This document shows, piece after piece, positions 31,292 to 36,018 of a DNA stretch of 36,018 nt (the first letter of the stretch is position 1; each line of letters opens with the position of its first letter). The stretch lies in the UHGV virus genome UHGV-1420163; one strand, written 5' to 3'. A program made the translations under genes and the position numbers. The notes under the pieces are model-generated. The model was not told where the DNA came from. It was given only the letters and a program-made list of their open reading frames with translations, and made no database searches. The stretch comes from a virus.

Positions 31292-31299
31292 AAATAAAT

Positions 31300-31400
31300 T
31301 TCCTTAAAGTTCACTAACTTATGATGTAGTGAGCTTTTTATACCCATAAAATGTACTATTGGTACTTTACATTAATGAACTTTAAGTACATCATAAGCCC
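31300..31400. promoter_or_regulatory. Putative left operator/promoter region
   Basis: TGAACTTTAAGTACA at about 31375-31389 resembles the OR operator with one mismatch; boundaries approximate. Confidence 0.4.
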
Positions 31401-31552
31401 ATAGACGAACGGCGCGTCTTTAAACCATGCGTCGGGAGCGCGGCGGGTTCAGGATGAACGGCAATGCTGCTCATTAGCGAGAAGGCTTTTTTGCTTTTAG
31501 TCACAAAAAGCAAAGCAGCTTTTTGATATAGAAAAAGAAAAAGGAGGCTGAT

Positions 31553-31996
31553 TTGAAGAGTGCTACAGTTTACACGGCAATGAGAGTTAAGCAATATGGC
31601 GGCGTACCTTCGGTAGAGGTAAGGTGTGATGATAAAAGAACCAAAGTTGTTACTGATTGCCTTCTGCTTTTTAAAAGCATAGATGAGGTAATTTTTATTG
31701 GCGCTGAAAATCTTCACCCTTTGATAAAAGCAGAGATGAAGCAATGTGCAATCGATGCATTGGGAGTTGGGCAAGGCAAGTCTCAGATCGAAGCAAAGCA
31801 AATGCTTACAGAGCTTGAAAGCAGCAGACGTAGACAAGCAAGCAGGGCAAGACAATTTCACGATGCGATCGCAGGATGGAGCAGAGAGCTTATGTCTTTA
31901 AATGTAGACATACAGAGAGGAATTGATATTCCAACAATAAGGTCAAGAATAGGTACGATCGCAGAGAACATGGAAAAGCTAAATCCAAAGAAATAA
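31553..31996 (+). CDS. Hypothetical protein in the N-gene slot (147 aa, TTG start)
   Basis: AAGGAGG RBS 6 nt upstream; first gene after the left operators; followed by an intrinsic terminator. Confidence 0.55.
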   Translation: MKSATVYTAMRVKQYGGVPSVEVRCDDKRTKVVTDCLLLFKSIDEVIFIGAENLHPLIKAEMKQCAIDALGVGQGKSQIEAKQMLTELESSRRRQASRARQFHDAIAGWSRELMSLNVDIQRGIDIPTIRSRIGTIAENMEKLNPKK

Positions 31997-31998
31997 TA

Positions 31999-32020
31999 AC
32001 CCGCTAAGGCGGGTTTTTTA
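31999..32020 (+). terminator. Intrinsic terminator after the N-slot gene
   Basis: ACCCGC-TAAG-GCGGGT hairpin followed by TTTTTT. Confidence 0.7.
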
Positions 32021-32131
32021 TTACATAAATAACCGTATTTACTACCGCAAGCCACGCAGTGAAATGGGTGTGACTTGTGTTGGTCGCCAGAAAATGAAAT
32101 TAGGCAGCAAACCACTTATTTGAGGTGAGAT

Positions 32132-32320
32132 ATGGAACGTAAATTTGAAATTTGGTTGGATTCCGGCGCAAACATTCATTCTTGCAAAAAGACAGTTGTA
32201 ACACTCGATGATCTTGGCTTATCCGAGAATGAGTGGAATGAAATGGATCAGGACGAAAAAGACGAAAACATGCGTGATGTAGCATTTGAAACGCTTGATT
32301 GGGGATGGAAGGAAATTTAA
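32132..32320 (+). CDS. Hypothetical small acidic protein (62 aa)
   Basis: GAGGTGAG RBS; strongly acidic C-terminal half. Confidence 0.55.
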   Translation: MERKFEIWLDSGANIHSCKKTVVTLDDLGLSENEWNEMDQDEKDENMRDVAFETLDWGWKEI

Positions 32321-32372
32321 GTGATGGCCGCATAGTCGGCCTTTATTTTTGGCATAAACAACAGAGGCTAAC

Positions 32373-32663
32373 ATGGAATTTAAAGGTACTGAAGGTAAGT
32401 GGGAAATAATGATGGATGGCGATGAGATTAAAATCATCCAGGCAGACTCACTTGAAAATGGCGCAGGCTGGCGTTCGTATATTGCAATCTGTGAGGAAGT
32501 TCAATGCATTGAAGATGCCAATCTAATAGCGGCAGCACCAGACCTTTTAAATGCCATGCAAGCGATGCTAAACAAGGCATACAAGCAAAAATGGAATGAC
32601 CATTATCCTGATGAAGTATCGAAAGCACTGTCAGCAATCAGCAAGGCTCTGGGAGGTGAATGA
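32373..32663 (+). CDS. Hypothetical protein (96 aa)
   Basis: GAGG RBS 6 nt upstream; ATGA overlap with the next gene. Confidence 0.55.
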   Translation: MEFKGTEGKWEIMMDGDEIKIIQADSLENGAGWRSYIAICEEVQCIEDANLIAAAPDLLNAMQAMLNKAYKQKWNDHYPDEVSKALSAISKALGGE

Positions 32664-32863
32664 TGTGCGAGTTTTATGAAGCAGATATCAAACGCCCAGA
32701 AATGGCAAGTGATGCGACATTACGTGATTACTTCGCGGCAAAGGCTATGCAAGCAATGATTAGCAATCCATCGATTATCGATAATGATTCTGATGGAGCT
32801 GTTAATTATGCAGCAAGCGCTGCATATAAGTTTGCAGACGCAATGCTCAAAGCTCGCGAATAA
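32660..32863 (+). CDS. Hypothetical protein (67 aa)
   Basis: Start overlaps the preceding stop; followed by a 9-bp-arm hairpin. Confidence 0.5.
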   Translation: MMCEFYEADIKRPEMASDATLRDYFAAKAMQAMISNPSIIDNDSDGAVNYAASAAYKFADAMLKARE

Positions 32864-32958
32864 GCACTGTGTATTCATTCCAACGAGTGAATACACGGAG
32901 CAATGTCGCTCGTAACTAAACAGGAGCCGACTTGTTCTGATTATTGGAAATCTTCTTT

Positions 32959-32982
32959 GCCCTCCAGTGTGAGGGCTTTTTT
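32959..32982 (+). terminator. Intrinsic terminator upstream of cIII
   Basis: GCCCTC-CAGTGT-GAGGGC followed by TTTTTT. Confidence 0.65.
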
Positions 32983-33048
32983 ATATGCATACCAATAACG
33001 CTTCACTCGAGGCGTTTTCGTTATGCAATCAAACAGAAGGAGCATCCT

Positions 33049-33219
33049 ATGCAACAGTTCGCTATTGCAGGGGCGGCATCGGTTCGCCCTTTCAACCCGA
33101 TTTTATCGGTACAGCATTCACGAAAAAATATTTTAACCGGAGCAGACTTTAAACAACCAAGAATGAAAAGCTTGCTCGAAAAGCTTTGGGATATTTTGAA
33201 ACAACAAGGCCGTCCATGA
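33049..33219 (+). CDS. cIII: CIII-like FtsH inhibitor (56 aa from ATG 33049)
   Basis: MQQFAIAG...SLLEKLWDILKQQGRP parallels recalled lambda CIII; AGGAG RBS. Confidence 0.7.
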   Translation: MQQFAIAGAASVRPFNPILSVQHSRKNILTGADFKQPRMKSLLEKLWDILKQQGRP

Positions 33220-33374
33220 GTTTTACAGATAACTGGTCAGACGAAGAATTCATTCGTCAGATGAAAGAATTAATCGGTAACGAAGGAGATATTCATGTCA
33301 CTTGCAACCACAGTGAAGGAGAGCAAGTTACAGAGACGCATGTACACGCAGAAAGCTCTCTGGTATCGCCATAA
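33216..33374 (+). CDS. Hypothetical small protein (52 aa), kil-position
   Basis: ATGA overlap with the cIII stop; no recognisable family. Confidence 0.4.
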   Translation: MSFTDNWSDEEFIRQMKELIGNEGDIHVTCNHSEGEQVTETHVHAESSLVSP

Positions 33375-33473
33375 TGGTGACCGCGAAGGAATGCGGGTAT
33401 GCCTTAATTTGTCACGAGTCGAAGTATTAAATCAGCGTTATTTCCTTGGGCCGTGTCCATTCTGAGGTGAATT

Positions 33474-34181
33474 ATGGATTTGAACAAATTCGATGAGCCA
33501 TTCAGCCCTGAAGATATCGAATGGCGAATACAGCAAAGCGGTAAAACACGCGATGGCAAGGTATGGGCTATGGTGCTGGCTTATGTAACGAACAGGGCAA
33601 TCATGAAACGCCTGGACGATGTTTGTGGCAAAGCAGGATGGCGCAATGAATACCGCGATATTCCCAACAACGGCGGAGTTGAATGCGGCATATCAATAAA
33701 GATTGATTCCGAATGGGTAACCAAATGGGATGCTGCTGAAAACACGCAGGTAGAAGCCGTCAAAGGTGGTCGTTCCGGTGCAATGAAGCGCGCTGCCGTT
33801 CAGTGGGGAATCGGTCGGTATCTGTATAACATTGAGGAAGGTTTCGCACAAACATCTCTCGATAAAAAGCAGGGATGGCACAGGGCAAAACTCAAGGATG
33901 GAACAGGATTTTACTGGCTCCCTCCATCGCTGCCGGGATGGGCAATCCCAGCATCAGATAACAAACCATCACCAGAAAATACCAACCAGAAATCTCCATC
34001 GGTTGACTGCGAGCAAATCCTGAAAGACTTCAGCGATTATGCGTCGACAGAAACTGACAAGAAAAAACTCATCGAACGTTATCAGCATGACTGGCAATTA
34101 ATGGCTGGCAATGAGGATGCGCAGGCTAAATGCGTTCAGGTAATGAACATCAGAGTTAACGAACTAAAACAGGCGGCATAA
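33474..34181 (+). CDS. Single-strand annealing protein: Rad52-like N-domain with Erf-type C-terminal tail (235 aa)
   Basis: C-terminal FSDYASTETDKKKLIERYQHDWQLMAGNEDAQAKCVQVMNIRVNELKQAA matches recalled P22 Erf C-terminus; N-terminal half does not. Confidence 0.8.
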   Translation: MDLNKFDEPFSPEDIEWRIQQSGKTRDGKVWAMVLAYVTNRAIMKRLDDVCGKAGWRNEYRDIPNNGGVECGISIKIDSEWVTKWDAAENTQVEAVKGGRSGAMKRAAVQWGIGRYLYNIEEGFAQTSLDKKQGWHRAKLKDGTGFYWLPPSLPGWAIPASDNKPSPENTNQKSPSVDCEQILKDFSDYASTETDKKKLIERYQHDWQLMAGNEDAQAKCVQVMNIRVNELKQAA

Positions 34182-34655
34182 ATGGCAAGCAGAGGCGTAA
34201 ATAAGGTGATCATTATTGGTCGCCTTGGGCATGATCCAGAAATCAGATATTCACCATCAGGAACGGCATTTGCAAACCTTACAGTTGCTACGTCAGAACA
34301 ATGGCGTGATAAGCAAACTGGAGAGCAAAAGGAGCAGACGGAGTGGCACCGCGTGGTAATGAGCGGAAAACTGGCAGAAATTGCCAGCGAATATCTGCGA
34401 AAAGGCTCTGAGGTTTATCTTGAAGGAAAATTGCGGACAAGAAAATGGCAGGATCAAAGCGGACAGGATCGGTTCACTACCGAAGTCATCGTGGGCGTTG
34501 GTGGAACCATGCAAATGCTTGGTGGCAAGCAAGGAGGCAATGAACAGTCTTCACCTCAGCGAAATAACGGTCAGCAACAAAGACAGCAACCTCATCAGCA
34601 GGGAAATCACAGAGAACCACCTATGAACTTCGACGATTCGGATATTCCGTTCTAG
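34182..34655 (+). CDS. ssb: Single-stranded DNA-binding protein
   Basis: OB-fold N-terminus, Gly/Gln-rich linker, C-terminal DDSDIPF. Confidence 0.95.
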   Translation: MASRGVNKVIIIGRLGHDPEIRYSPSGTAFANLTVATSEQWRDKQTGEQKEQTEWHRVVMSGKLAEIASEYLRKGSEVYLEGKLRTRKWQDQSGQDRFTTEVIVGVGGTMQMLGGKQGGNEQSSPQRNNGQQQRQQPHQQGNHREPPMNFDDSDIPF

Positions 34656-34664
34656 GAGCTGAAT

Positions 34665-35144
34665 ATGAAAATCTGCTCAAGATGCCATCAACAGAAGGAA
34701 GAAAGGGACTTTCAAATCAGAAGAGCATCCAGAGATGGATTAACTGCCGCTTGCCGGGCTTGCCTGGCTGAATACGACAAAGAGCGCGCGGGATTGCCAC
34801 ATCGAGTATCAGCAAGGAGAGAATATCAATCATCGGAACGCGGCAGAGAACGGTGTAACGCAGCCAAAAAGCGGTTCATTCAGAGCAACCCATGGAAAAG
34901 AAAAGCCCACATCATCGTGGGTAATTTTTTGCGCGACGGTAAGCTAATCCGACCACCACAATGTGAGTGCTGCGGATCAGAATGCAAACCACAGGCGCAC
35001 CACTGCGACTACAGCAAACCAACCGATGTGATGTGGCTCTGCAAGTCATGTCATGTCGAGTGGCACAAACATAACAAACCTATCTACCCAGACGAGGAGC
35101 CAGTAACTCTCCCCTTCCCTCGTCACGCTATTCACGCAATTTAA
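34665..35144 (+). CDS. Cys-rich HNH-like protein (159 aa)
   Basis: CxxC pairs and HH...N...H arrangement (AHHCDYSKPTDVMWLCKSCHVEWH). Confidence 0.55.
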   Translation: MKICSRCHQQKEERDFQIRRASRDGLTAACRACLAEYDKERAGLPHRVSARREYQSSERGRERCNAAKKRFIQSNPWKRKAHIIVGNFLRDGKLIRPPQCECCGSECKPQAHHCDYSKPTDVMWLCKSCHVEWHKHNKPIYPDEEPVTLPFPRHAIHAI

Positions 35145-35157
35145 TCAGGAGAAAATC

Positions 35158-35454
35158 ATGCCAGCGCCTCTGTATGGTGCGGATGACGCGCGCCGCTGTT
35201 CCGGCAATTCCGTATCGGAGGTGCTGGATAAATTCAGAAAAAACTACGATCGGATAATGTCGCTACCGCAGGAAACGAAAGAGGAAAAGGAATTTCGCCA
35301 CTGTATATGGCTTGCAGAGAAAGAAGAACACGAGCGAATTTACCAGACATCAATCCGACCATTCCGCAAAGCCACATATACCCACTTCCCTGAATATATC
35401 GACCCGCGCCTGCGTAATTACCGCTCACGCTATGGCGCTATCAGTAATGACTGA
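35158..35454 (+). CDS. Hypothetical early protein (98 aa), possibly Abc2-like
   Basis: AGGAG RBS; size and position comparable to P22 abc2, but sequence identity not confirmed. Confidence 0.45.
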   Translation: MPAPLYGADDARRCSGNSVSEVLDKFRKNYDRIMSLPQETKEEKEFRHCIWLAEKEEHERIYQTSIRPFRKATYTHFPEYIDPRLRNYRSRYGAISND

Positions 35455-35463
35455 GGAATTTAC

Positions 35464-35631
35464 CATGAGAGGACTTGCATACAATCCCGGCATTCTTCCG
35501 GCAGAAATGATTATTCGCCAACGCGTAAAGCCAATGCCATCGAGAGAGGAATTGCTTAAGAGAAATTCTTTTCCATCAGTGAATCAAAACAAATATCTGA
35601 ATGCTATGTGGCGCAAAGGAGGCAACCAGTG
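35464..35631 (+). CDS. Small hypothetical protein (55 aa), tentative; below the track's size cut-off
   Basis: ATG 35464 with GAGGAA upstream; stop overlaps the next GTG start. Confidence 0.3.
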
Positions 35632-36018
35632 AGCAAGATTGACTATCAGGCACTGCGTGAAAAAGCAGAAAAAGCAACGTGTGGTGTATGGTCGCTCGAA
35701 TATGGAGAGAGCCGATTTGATAGTGATGATGCGCTAATTCATCGTGAAGTTGCTGGATATATTCCTATTTGCAGAATTGAAGGAGCGCATCCTGAAAGCG
35801 GTTTCGATGAAGATTTCCAAATGGAACAGCAGGCCAATGCTGAATTCATCGCCGCAGCCAATCCGGCTACCGTCTTGGCGCTGCTGGATGAACGGGAAAG
35901 AAACCAGCAATACATAAAACGCCGCGATCAGGAGAACGAGGAAATTGCGCTTACGGTTGGGAGGCTGCGCGTTGAGCTGGAAGGCAAAGACAGCAAAATA
36001 GCCAATCTTACCGCCGAA
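35629..36018 (+). CDS. Ead/Ea22-like protein, 5' partial (runs off the window end)
   Basis: Open frame from GTG 35629 to the window end; N-terminal [17 protein letters not shown] resembles recalled Ead/Ea22-like proteins. Confidence 0.45.
   Translation, partial: MSKIDYQALREKAEKATCGVWSLEYGESRFDSDDALIHREVAGYIPICRIEGAHPESGFDEDFQMEQQANAEFIAAANPATVLALLDERERNQQYIKRRDQENEEIALTVGRLRVELEGKDSKIANLTAE

Noticed and set aside
31391-31861. 156-aa minus-strand ORF across the pL leader and N-slot gene
   Set aside because: Antisense to the first early-left gene and its leader; low-complexity translation; no RBS.
32944-33219. 91-aa ORF spanning the terminator upstream of cIII
   Set aside because: Upstream part runs through an intrinsic terminator and has no RBS; trimmed to the 56-aa CIII-like gene starting at 33049.
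1-36018. CRISPR arrays, insertion sequences, rRNA genes
   Set aside because: No short direct repeats with regular spacers, no transposase-like ORFs or terminal inverted repeats, and no rRNA-like sequence were seen on reading the window.

Overview
This window is most of a P22-like (Sf6/HK620-type) temperate podovirus prophage inserted at the 3' end of tRNA-Arg(CCU) (argW); the far attachment site and the distal early-left genes lie beyond the window end. Reading left to right: a partial argW and a P4/IntS-type integrase (+ strand); an SOS-regulated two-gene cassette; then a minus-strand late operon (tailspike, ejection proteins, tail needle, gp10/gp4, coat, scaffold, portal, large and small terminase); a Rha/small-ORF accessory block; a lambda-type lysis cassette (S, R, Rz/Rz1); a Q-like antiterminator; a lambda-like nin region (NinH, RusA, YbcO-like, NinF/E/D/C/B); DnaB-type helicase and O-like initiator with internal ori iterons; cII, cro, divergent operators and cI; and a plus-strand early-left operon (N-slot gene, small unknown genes, cIII, Rad52/Erf-type annealing protein, SSB, HNH protein, partial Ead/Ea22-like gene). 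All calls rest on reading the supplied translations and DNA by eye and on recalled protein families; no database search was run. The candidates for undescribed biology are the accessory slots: the LexA-boxed UmuD'-like cassette next to int, a lipoprotein pair in the immI/sie slot, the post-lysis cassette with an HExxH protein, the atypical N-slot gene, and a cluster of small coupled early-left genes. Coordinates include the stop codon.
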